This document shows, piece after piece, positions 1 through 8,106 of a stretch of DNA of 64,000 bases. The stretch covers positions 160,001 to 224,000 of the forward strand of contig JALVYU010000031.1 in the NCBI GenBank assembly GCA_027022365.1. Direction: 5' to 3'. The notes under the pieces were generated by a model. That model made no database searches. It saw nothing but the letters and a program-made list of their open reading frames with translations, and had not been told where the DNA came from. This DNA is from Desulfurococcales archaeon. GTDB lineage: Archaea; Thermoproteota; Thermoprotei_A; Sulfolobales; Desulfurococcaceae. Position 1 is the stretch's first letter; every line of letters begins with the position of its first letter. The position numbers and the translations under genes were made by a program.

Positions 1-45
1 GGCAAGTGCCTAGCACGTATCGATTCGTAGTAAGTATATTGATAC

Positions 46-1827
46 TTGCCGGGAGAGGCTGGGGGAGTGCTGGGCCCGTATATTGAGAAAAAGATCGTCT
101 TCGGCATCCTAATAGGGATACTATCTGGTCTCGCGGGCGTCGGATTTTACTATATGGTGTCCCTAGTGGCACGTATTGTCGGCTATGCCATGGTGTCTAG
201 CTATGAGGGCTGGACACCTGATCTCTCCATATACGCCCTCAATGCCAGTAACAGGGTCATAATACTGATCGTATTACCTGTTGCCGCCCTCATCAGCGGA
301 CTAATAGTCTATAGATTCGCGCCCGAGGCCGAGGGCCCAGGAGTGGATCCTACCATAGAGGCATATCATCATATGAGAAAACTACACCTACACTTACCAG
401 TAGTCAAGGCCGTAGCATCCTCGATAATGATAGGTTCAGGTGGGAGCGGCGGTCTTCAAGGCCCTGGTCTCCAGATAGGGGGCGGGATAGGCCATTCCAT
501 TGCAACGATCCTGAAATTGGGACTACGGTACAAGAGGATACTAATGGTCGCGGGCATGGCTGGAACGCTCTCAGCAGTATTTCATAGCCCTATAGGAGCG
601 GCACTATTCGCTGTCGAGGTACTATACAGGAGGGATATCGAGGTAGAAGGAATAGTTTCATCACTAATATCATCTATAACTGCTTATGCCGTATCAACGC
701 ATATTATGGGCTATACGTGGTTATTGCCCCGCCTAGTATATAATTTGGTTGAGCTTTTCGCCCCAGCCATGATCATGAATTACATCGCTCTGGCGTTCTT
801 GTCAGCCGTTTTCGCATGGTTATATATCCAGTCCTTCCATACCGTGAAAAAACTCGTCTCTAAAGCAGGGATATCTGGTATAAAAAGAGCAGCCATTCCG
901 GCAGCCATGGTCATACCCGTAGCCATTATAGGCTACTATGTACCGTACATCCTTGGGAGCGGAACCGGGATGTTGTCTCAAATACTGGTAATGACGCGTA
1001 ACAACAATCTAGACATAAACATGTTGGGCCTAGGAACAGCGGCTAGCCTGCTCCTCCTCGTACTTCTCAAAATACTAGCAACAAGCCTCAGCATGGGAAG
1101 CGGTGGAAGCGGCGGCTTATTCGCACCCGCAGTATTCATCGGTGGAACACTAGGTCTTTTCTACGGTATAATAATGGGATCACCAACCACAGGGATACCA
1201 CCATACTTCTTCGCATACATTGGGATAGCATCGTTCTTCGGGGCAGCAACAAATACTCCGTTCGCGACATCATTCATGGTCGCCGAGATGAGCAGGGATT
1301 ACTATGTCTTACTACCTGCCCTCATATCATCCCTTATATCAAACGAGATCATAAGATACGATACACTGTATAGGTCACAACCCGTAAGGAGACCCCCAAC
1401 AATACTAGTCACGCCAAAAGAACTGCTAAGCCTGATCGATAAGAACGTGCTCAGCAACATAAAAGTATGGGAACTAACAATTAGGGATAAGATAGTGCTG
1501 GATAAGAACGCCGATCTAGGAAAGATTAGGGAAGAAATTATCCGCAAATATGGTGAGACAATTATTCCTATAATTGTGGGCGATGAATTCTATGGAGTGA
1601 TAGATCTGAGGAGACAGGCGATCAAGCAAGATATGCCACGTATAGATTACCAAGCATGCATTATTGATGCTCTAGAATTAATGAGCAGAGAACGAATAGA
1701 TTATCTCGTAGTGACCAAGGGAAGCAAGGTAATAGGTGTTCTTACACTTTGTGAAATAATAAGACTTCTCTCATCACTAATATACGAGTATCAGTTACGC
1801 GGGTTTAGTAGATCAAGAAATGCCTGA
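46..1827 (+). CDS. CLC-family chloride channel/transporter with C-terminal CBS domains
   Basis: CLC motifs PEAEGPGVD, GSGGSGGLQGP, ALFAVEV, GGSGGLFAP and late Tyr (TLYRSQ); many TM helices; CBS-like tail (DALELMSRERIDYLVV..GVLT). Start may be the GTG at 67. Confidence 0.9.
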   Translation: MPGEAGGVLGPYIEKKIVFGILIGILSGLAGVGFYYMVSLVARIVGYAMVSSYEGWTPDLSIYALNASNRVIILIVLPVAALISGLIVYRFAPEAEGPGVDPTIEAYHHMRKLHLHLPVVKAVASSIMIGSGGSGGLQGPGLQIGGGIGHSIATILKLGLRYKRILMVAGMAGTLSAVFHSPIGAALFAVEVLYRRDIEVEGIVSSLISSITAYAVSTHIMGYTWLLPRLVYNLVELFAPAMIMNYIALAFLSAVFAWLYIQSFHTVKKLVSKAGISGIKRAAIPAAMVIPVAIIGYYVPYILGSGTGMLSQILVMTRNNNLDINMLGLGTAASLLLLVLLKILATSLSMGSGGSGGLFAPAVFIGGTLGLFYGIIMGSPTTGIPPYFFAYIGIASFFGAATNTPFATSFMVAEMSRDYYVLLPALISSLISNEIIRYDTLYRSQPVRRPPTILVTPKELLSLIDKNVLSNIKVWELTIRDKIVLDKNADLGKIREEIIRKYGETIIPIIVGDEFYGVIDLRRQAIKQDMPRIDYQACIIDALELMSRERIDYLVVTKGSKVIGVLTLCEIIRLLSSLIYEYQLRGFSRSRNA

Positions 1828-2225
1828 ATATCGGTTTTTATCGAGGAAAACTTTCTAATAAGAACATGGACGTCATCATCCGGATTTTCTAATACATTTG
1901 CTATCTCTTTATTTATCCGGTCAAGCAGTTGTTTTCCTCTCGAATAGTAGATTGATACCTTATTCTTCGACATCCAATTACCTATGCCCTCGATATCCTT
2001 CCTGATCTTCTCCAGATCTTTTAGTGCGGATTCAATGTACATTATCGCCATCCCCCTAGAGCTTATGGGCATGCCGGCAAAGGCGGTCATGAGTAGGACG
2101 TTGTCTTGTTTTTCTCTCTTTAATTTCTCGAGAACATTTCTTGCTATCAATAACTTCCCAATTGCTATATCGAGTCTATCAGTGATTTTCGACATCTTCT
2201 TTACCGGGTTTTTCTTAAATAGCAA
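1791..2225 (-). CDS. hypothetical alpha-helical protein
   Basis: 144-aa ORF starting 4 bp after the malQ stop on the same strand, with a GGAGG SD; no family recognised. Confidence 0.6.
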   Translation of the reverse strand: MLFKKNPVKKMSKITDRLDIAIGKLLIARNVLEKLKREKQDNVLLMTAFAGMPISSRGMAIMYIESALKDLEKIRKDIEGIGNWMSKNKVSIYYSRGKQLLDRINKEIANVLENPDDDVHVLIRKFSSIKTDIQAFLDLLNPRN

Positions 2226-2228
2226 CCA

Positions 2229-3736
2229 TTATCTCCTCCCATACAGTTCTGCTAGTTCACCAAGCTCATGAAACTTAGGGCTTTCGAGCTCGGGTAACAA
2301 TATTCTCCACTCCCAGTTCCCCTTGATTGTTCCTGGCTTGTTCATACGAGCCTCCGAACCTAGACCTAGAACGTCTTGGGCAGGTATTATTGCGAGCCTC
2401 GAGACACTCATCAATGCAAGCCTAACAAATATCTGTGATACATTCTGGGAGTTTATCTCGAGACCAGTATATGATGCTAGGCATTCCTTCTGTTTCTCGC
2501 TAGCTTCCTCGATATACCATCCCTTAACCGTGTTTGTATCGTGTGTTGATGTGTATACGATGTAGTTTTCCTCATGATTATGGGGAGGTAGGGATTCCCT
2601 GGATCGCTCCAGGCAAACACCAGCACCTTCATGCCGGGCAATCCATAATTCCTCATTACTTCTCTAACATCTGGTGTTATGACACCGAGATCTTCTGCGA
2701 CGAAGGGAAGTGTTGGGAAGAACTTCGTAAGGGTTTTGAAGAAGTCTTCGTAGGGTACTTCTACCCATTTGCCATTGACGGCTGTTTTTGCGTCACCTGG
2801 TACTTCCCAATATGCTATAAGCCCTCTAAAGTGATCAATCCTTATCAGATCATATAGGTTATTCATTCTCCTAAGCCTTTCGATCCACCACTTGGACCCG
2901 GTACTTCTTAGTTTTTCCCAATCATAAACCGGTGTTCCCCATAACTGGCCGGTAGGGCTAAAATAGTCTGGCGGGACACCACTTACGTACGCTGGCCTCC
3001 CATCGCTTCTGAGCTTAAATATTTCTTGGTTGCTCCATACATCGGCGCTGTCTAAGCTGACATAGATCGGGATATCGCCCAGTATATTAATACCTTTCTT
3101 GTTTGCGTAGTCTTTCAGATGCTTCCACTGCCGCTCAAAGACATATTGTTCGAAATAATAGTATTCGATCAGCGTTCTATGTCTTTCTATCGCCTCGGAT
3201 AGAGCCTCCGTATCGCGTCTCCGGAGCCTGTCTGGCCATTCATACCATGGTTTTCCCAGAATTTTCTTCAATGACATGAACAAGGCGTAGTCGTCGAGCC
3301 AGTATTTATTCTCTTCGACGAAGTCTTCGTAGCCTGGCAGCTTAGAAAGGCCTTCTTTCACAGCTTCTCTATACGCCATATTCAGGAAGTATTCTTTCTC
3401 TCGGTACGCCTCCTTATAACACACTTTTCTCTTACACTTATCGGCCTTAGAAGTAACTGGGATATCTTTAAGGAGTCTCTCTTCTGCAAGCATGTCAGGG
3501 CTTATCAAGAGAGGATTTCCGGCGAAAGCCGATACACTACTGTAGGGCGAATTAGCTGTTTCAAGGCTAGTAGGGTTCAGTGGGAGTACCTGCCAATAAG
3601 ATGCACCGATCTCTGCTAGGAGATCAATGAACCTGTAAGCCGTCTCTCCAAGATCTCCAACAGAGTATTTCCCGGGAAGACTTGTTACGTGAAGTAGTAT
3701 CCCGAAACCCCTGCCGTAATCACCCTTTAACCCCAA
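2229..3736 (-). pseudogene. malQ: 4-alpha-glucanotransferase (GH77 amylomaltase), single frameshift
   Basis: GH77 motifs GILLHVTSLP, WQVLPLNP, SPYS, GVPPDYFS, RIDHFRG, AEDLG. Adding one G to the G4 run at 2582-2585 restores PYLPHNHEENYIVYTSTHDTNTVKGW and joins ORF 2477..3736 to ORF 2229..2414 (ARMNKPGT..GNWEWR). Could be a sequencing error. Confidence 0.85.
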
Positions 3737-3826
3737 TAGCAGTGTTGAGGCCCATACAGAATATAATTATACATTGAGACAATATTATCTGTAGAATACG
3801 ATAATCTAAAAGATGGGTGTAGTGAC

Positions 3827-3911
3827 TTGAATGTCCCCTCTAGAGCCACAGTTTATGTTTTAGCCGATGATTTAGCTGGCCTCAATAATCCATTTATAGC
3901 ACAACATGGGG
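3827..3911 (+). pseudogene. 5' fragment of MBL-fold metallo-hydrolase interrupted by the IS607 element
   Basis: TTG at 3827 gives MNVPSRATVYVLADDLAGLNNPFIAQHG, matching the N-terminal hTVLxDN...AEHG pattern of the family whose C-terminus lies at 5907-6301. Confidence 0.65.
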
Positions 3912-3963
3912 CAGAAACGCTTAAATATATCAAAGTGTATCATAGTATATCGGAGAATGGCAG

Positions 3964-4602
3964 TTGACGGAGAGGCTACTGCCACCTAGGGAAGCATGCA
4001 AAAGGTTTGGAATAAGCTTCATTACTTTGAAGAGGTGGATTTACTCTGGCAAGATTAGGGCGGTCAGGACACCTACCGGCAGGTGGATGATACCAGAGAG
4101 CGAGATAGAGAGGATTATTAGTGGAAAAGTCGAAGTGGAAGAGGTTAGAGCAGTTATCTATGCTCGTGTGAGTTCTAGCGACCAGAGGGGCGACCTTGAA
4201 AGACAGATACAGTACCTCACACAGTACTGCTTTGCCAAAGGATATAGGGTTGTGGATGTTCTAAGCGACATAGCTAGTGGATTAAAAACCAACCGTAGAG
4301 GCTTAATGAAGCTCTTCAATTATGTGGTTAATAGACGAGTAGATGTTGTAGTTATCACCTACAAGGATAGATTAACTCGCTTCGGCTTCGAATATCTTGA
4401 GTACTTCTTCAAACAGTTTGGTGTAAAGATAGAAGCTGTTTATGGTGAAGAGCCGAGGGACGCTTACCAAGAGTTGGTTGAAGACCTATTAGCGATAGTA
4501 ACATCGTTTGCTGGTAAACTTTATGGCATGAGGAGTCATAAGAAGAAACGCTTGGTTCAGGGTTTCAAGAGTCTCCTAGAAGAGGTAGAGAAGAATGGCT
4601 AG
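3964..4602 (+). CDS. tnpA: IS607-family serine recombinase transposase
   Basis: N-terminal MerR-like HTH (PREACKRFGISFITLKRW..G.I), catalytic YARVSS, DIASGL, DRLTRFGF, ELVEDL..I..SFAGKLYGMRS. Confidence 0.95.
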   Translation: MTERLLPPREACKRFGISFITLKRWIYSGKIRAVRTPTGRWMIPESEIERIISGKVEVEEVRAVIYARVSSSDQRGDLERQIQYLTQYCFAKGYRVVDVLSDIASGLKTNRRGLMKLFNYVVNRRVDVVVITYKDRLTRFGFEYLEYFFKQFGVKIEAVYGEEPRDAYQELVEDLLAIVTSFAGKLYGMRSHKKKRLVQGFKSLLEEVEKNG

Positions 4603-5896
4603 AGTAACTAGGACTGTCATAGTGGGGAGTACTAAGCTTCCTAGGAAAGTGTTCAGACTCCTCGTTGAGCTTGAGGGTATGTACCGCAACATAGTCGAGC
4701 AACTAGTAATGTATGCTATCAGGAATAGTGTTAAGAGTTTTATTAGGCTCAAGGCATTGAAGTACCATGAGATAAGAAACCTCTATCCACAACTACCTTC
4801 ACATTACATTTATACTGCATGTCAGGACGCTAGTACTAGGGCTAAAAGCTTTCTAAGGCTAAAGAAACTGGGCATAGCTAAGAGGGAGTACCCAGAGGTT
4901 AAGAAGGTTAGTATATGGCTTGACGACCACCTATGGAAGCCTGTTGGGTATACATTCGTTAGAATAGCTACTCACAAGGGATGGGTAACAATAGAGCTCG
5001 AGCCTCATAAACAGTATTGGAGATACATCAATAGAGGTTGGGAACTAGCTTCTGAGACCAAAATCAAGCTTGATAAGAGGAATAGACAACTCATAATTTA
5101 CTTAACCTTCGTTAAAGAGGTTGAAGAGTACAGCTCTAGGGGATACCTATCAGTTGATGTTAATGAAAATAACGTTACTATACTAGTCGACGGTGTGGCT
5201 TACTTATTCGAGACCAATATTGGGAGGCTTGTCCTAGGCTACTACTATCGTAGGAAGAGAGTACAGGAAAAATATGATAGACCCTATGGTAGGAAGTCAA
5301 GGATTAAAAAGAAGATTATGAGAAGGCTTAAGGAGAGGAGGAAGAAGATGGATATTAGGTGGAAGCTCGCTAGCATCATAGTTAGAGTTGCCTATGATAA
5401 GCGGTATGCTATTGTTCTTGAGAAACTGGGTAAGAGAGTAGCAAATAACATGATTGCTAGGATTAAGAATAAACAGCTACGTCACAGAATATTCCAAGCA
5501 TCCTTCAAAGGAATTCAGAGGGCGATAGAAGGGAAAGCTAGAGAGTATGGTGTACCAGTAATCTATGTGAACCCGAAGAACACCTCAAAACTATGCCCAG
5601 TACACAATGCACTAATAATCTATAATAATGGTTCTAGAATTGGGAGATGTAGTATTGGTGAAGAACTATGGCATCGCGACGTAGTTGCTTGTTGGAACCT
5701 CCTCCTTAAAGCCCTGCGGGGTGATGGGAGCAGTGCCCCAAGCCCCGTAGGGCTTATCCCCGTAGATGTGAGGCTAGTTCCGTTAGCCTCGAATGCCACC
5801 CATGACCCCACAACCCTGCCAAAAGGGTTATGGGCGAGGCGGAAGCCCCTACCGCTGATACAGAACGCTACAATCATAAACAAAATGAAGCGGTAG
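4595..5896 (+). CDS. tnpB: RNA-guided endonuclease TnpB
   Basis: RuvC-I SVDVNE, RuvC-II IVLEKL, NPKNTSKLCPVH zinc-finger region, RuvC-III HRDVVACWNL; all three acidic residues are present. Confidence 0.93.
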   Translation: MARVTRTVIVGSTKLPRKVFRLLVELEGMYRNIVEQLVMYAIRNSVKSFIRLKALKYHEIRNLYPQLPSHYIYTACQDASTRAKSFLRLKKLGIAKREYPEVKKVSIWLDDHLWKPVGYTFVRIATHKGWVTIELEPHKQYWRYINRGWELASETKIKLDKRNRQLIIYLTFVKEVEEYSSRGYLSVDVNENNVTILVDGVAYLFETNIGRLVLGYYYRRKRVQEKYDRPYGRKSRIKKKIMRRLKERRKKMDIRWKLASIIVRVAYDKRYAIVLEKLGKRVANNMIARIKNKQLRHRIFQASFKGIQRAIEGKAREYGVPVIYVNPKNTSKLCPVHNALIIYNNGSRIGRCSIGEELWHRDVVACWNLLLKALRGDGSSAPSPVGLIPVDVRLVPLASNATHDPTTLPKGLWARRKPLPLIQNATIINKMKR

Positions 5897-5925
5897 GGGC
5901 AAACGGTCTTTGATCAGTGTAGCGA
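5720..5925 (+). ncRNA. predicted TnpB omega/reRNA scaffold plus flank-derived guide
   Basis: Hairpins at 5740-5755, 5770-5790 and 5801-5832, and a perfect 12-bp stem 5845-5856/5889-5900 overlapping the tnpB 3' end. Boundaries are approximate. Confidence 0.65.
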
Positions 5926-6301
5926 TAACAACGAGGTATTCTTCGTGGATAATGGGAGACTGGTACCTGACACACTTTGCGATGAAATAGCCTTAGCGAT
6001 TGATCTAGGTAGACATGGGCTTGTAGTAACAGGTTGTGCTCACCCTGGAATCGATAGAATAGTCGAGAAGGCTTCAACGATCATAGGTAAAAGGATCAAG
6101 TATGTGCTTGGAGGCCTCCATATGGTGGGCCTGGAAGAAAGTAGGGTTAGAGAGATCGCCGAGAAGCTCATGAGCCACGGCGTAGAAAGGGTTTACCCCG
6201 GACATTGCACTGGCCTTGAGGCAGAGTATATTCTCGAGAAAATCTATGGTGAGAACTGCCGGGTACTTAGGGCTGGATTGAAGATAGAATTCCATAGCTA
6301 G
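5907..6301 (+). pseudogene. 3' fragment of MBL-fold metallo-hydrolase
   Basis: DE.AL.I....GLVVTGCAHPG, GGLH and PGHCTG motifs; no N-terminal HxHxDH region. Confidence 0.8.
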
Positions 6302-6327
6302 GTCTGACTTGTCTGAGTAGCTTGATT

Positions 6328-7110
6328 CTAAATAATGGGCACCAGGATATATCTGTTATTATATTTAATGATATCGAAATCTACTCCGTAGACCTGGCTC
6401 AACCTTTCTGGGTTGAGGGCTTCGCGGGGACTACCATATGTTTCGACTCTGCCCTTATTCAGTAATAATATCTTGTCGCAGTAAAGGGAAGCCATTAGTG
6501 GATCATGGAGGGTGACCATCGCACCAAGTATTCTTTCTTCCTCTACTAATTTTCTAATAAGGCTCATTGTTTTCACTGCATTAGATATATCTAGATGAGA
6601 TACCGGTTCATCCATTAATAATATCCTTGCCTCCTGGACGAGGGTTCTAGCGATCAGTACGAGCTGGAACTGGCCCCCACTGATCTCGGTTATGGCTTTA
6701 TCGGCGAGACTGCCTAGGCCTAAATCGTCGAGTACACGATATGCTTTGTCATAGTCTTTTCTCGAAGGCAAGGAGAACATCCCGTGGTGCGGGGCTCTGC
6801 CCATGAGGACGTAATCTATTACCTTATAGGGGAACACGATGTGGTGTTCCTGGGGAACGTAGCCGATGATCTTTGCGAGCCTCTTCGGGGGAATAGATGA
6901 TATATCCGTTCCCAGTACCTTGACCGTGCCTGTACCTCTAAGTATTCCTAGAAGTATCTTTAGCAGGGTTGTCTTGCCAGCCCCATTAGGGCCGAGGACG
7001 CCGAGTATCTCCCCCTTGTGTAGCTCGAAGGATACATTATCGAGGACTTTCTCGCCACCATTATATGAGAAGCTTAGGCCCTCTACCTCGATAATGGGAT
7101 TTACCTCCAT
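6328..7110 (-). CDS. ABC ATPase, iron-chelate/cobalamin (FecE/BtuD) type
   Basis: GPNGAGKTT, YVPQ, MGRAPH, ISGGQ, LMDEP.SHLD, LHDP. Confidence 0.93.
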   Translation of the reverse strand: MEVNPIIEVEGLSFSYNGGEKVLDNVSFELHKGEILGVLGPNGAGKTTLLKILLGILRGTGTVKVLGTDISSIPPKRLAKIIGYVPQEHHIVFPYKVIDYVLMGRAPHHGMFSLPSRKDYDKAYRVLDDLGLGSLADKAITEISGGQFQLVLIARTLVQEARILLMDEPVSHLDISNAVKTMSLIRKLVEEERILGAMVTLHDPLMASLYCDKILLLNKGRVETYGSPREALNPERLSQVYGVDFDIIKYNNRYILVPII

Positions 7111-8102
7111 GCTTTCCCAGCCCTCCTTAGCAGTATTATAAGTATGGGGGCACCCATGATCGTCGTCAATATACCTAAAGGGATAATCTGGCTCGTCATA
7201 GCTCTCGAGAGATCATCTGCTAGGACGAGGTATGTCCCTCCCAGGAAGAAGCTATAAGTGATGACCTGCCTTGAATCACTTCCTACCATGAGCCGTACAA
7301 TATGTGGTACCAATAGGCCGACCCAACCAATGATCCCTGCATAGGAGACGGCTGAGGCGGTGATTAATGCAGCTACACTAGCAAAGAATAATCTTTCGAG
7401 TACCGGGTTAGCACCAAGTGATCTCGCCTCATCGTCGCCGAGCGATAATATGTTTAGCCTCCACCTAGCCATTACGAGGACGATGCTACACGGGATAATG
7501 ATAAGCGTCATCCTGATTATATCCGGCCATTGGCCCGCCTGACCCACATCACCCATGAGCCAGAACACGATGGCTGCCACTTTATCCGGGGTTGGCGCGA
7601 AGTACTCCGCCAGGGAGAGCCCTGCAGAGAATAGTGCGTTCACAACTACTCCCGAGAGGACGAGCGATATTATTGATCCTCTGCCCCACCCCCACGCGAT
7701 CGCCACCACGATCAGATATGCTACTATAGCAGTAATCATCGCGACTAGCTCTACAGGGATGAATAAGGGCAGAAAAGCTAGGGCGATGGCTGCTCCAAGC
7801 GCCGCACCACTGGTTATACCTAGAATATAGGGGCTAACGAGCGGATTCCGCATCATGCATTGAAGGCTCGCGCCAGAAATGCTTAAGGCTATACCTATAA
7901 GCGCCGCCGCTAGCACCCGCGGTAATCTATAGTAGAGGACTATCCTGGCGGCCGCAGAGCCTAGTTGTGGGTTGAGGGTAAGAGCATTGAATAGTATTTG
8001 GAGAACCTTGGCTGGGGGGATTGGATACGGGCCTATGAAGAGCGATAATACTATGGCTGCGGGTAGGGAAAAAACGATCAGAATCTTATAGATGTTTTCC
8101 AT
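7101..8102 (-). CDS. FecCD/BtuC-family ABC permease
   Basis: RLPRVLAA, RNPLVSPYILGITSGA, FWLMG, LGDDEARSLG, IGWVGLLVPH. Confidence 0.93.
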   Translation of the reverse strand: MENIYKILIVFSLPAAIVLSLFIGPYPIPPAKVLQILFNALTLNPQLGSAAARIVLYYRLPRVLAAALIGIALSISGASLQCMMRNPLVSPYILGITSGAALGAAIALAFLPLFIPVELVAMITAIVAYLIVVAIAWGWGRGSIISLVLSGVVVNALFSAGLSLAEYFAPTPDKVAAIVFWLMGDVGQAGQWPDIIRMTLIIIPCSIVLVMARWRLNILSLGDDEARSLGANPVLERLFFASVAALITASAVSYAGIIGWVGLLVPHIVRLMVGSDSRQVITYSFFLGGTYLVLADDLSRAMTSQIIPLGILTTIMGAPILIILLRRAGKAWR

Positions 8103-8106
8103 TGCG

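Larger units (their letters stand above)
3912..5906 (+). mobile_element. IS607-family insertion sequence (~2.0 kb, tnpA + tnpB)
   Basis: Overlapping serine-recombinase and TnpB genes; no terminal IRs or TSD; GG dinucleotide at both junctions (3910-3911, 5905-5906); interrupts a host gene. Exact ends are inferred. Confidence 0.9.

Noticed and set aside
1-50. Inverted repeat GGCAAGT/ACTTGCC upstream of the CLC gene as a fluoride riboswitch
   Set aside because: It lacks the crcB consensus, the CLC lacks CLC-F signatures, and the region is cut by the window edge.
3912-5906. IStron (self-splicing intron-IS hybrid)
   Set aside because: Only ~50 bp lie between the left end and tnpA, leaving no room for a group I intron core.
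5894-6301. tnpB TAG is in frame with the downstream MBL fragment (readthrough fusion)
   Set aside because: This has a one-in-three chance of occurring at random, and there is no evidence of recoding signals.
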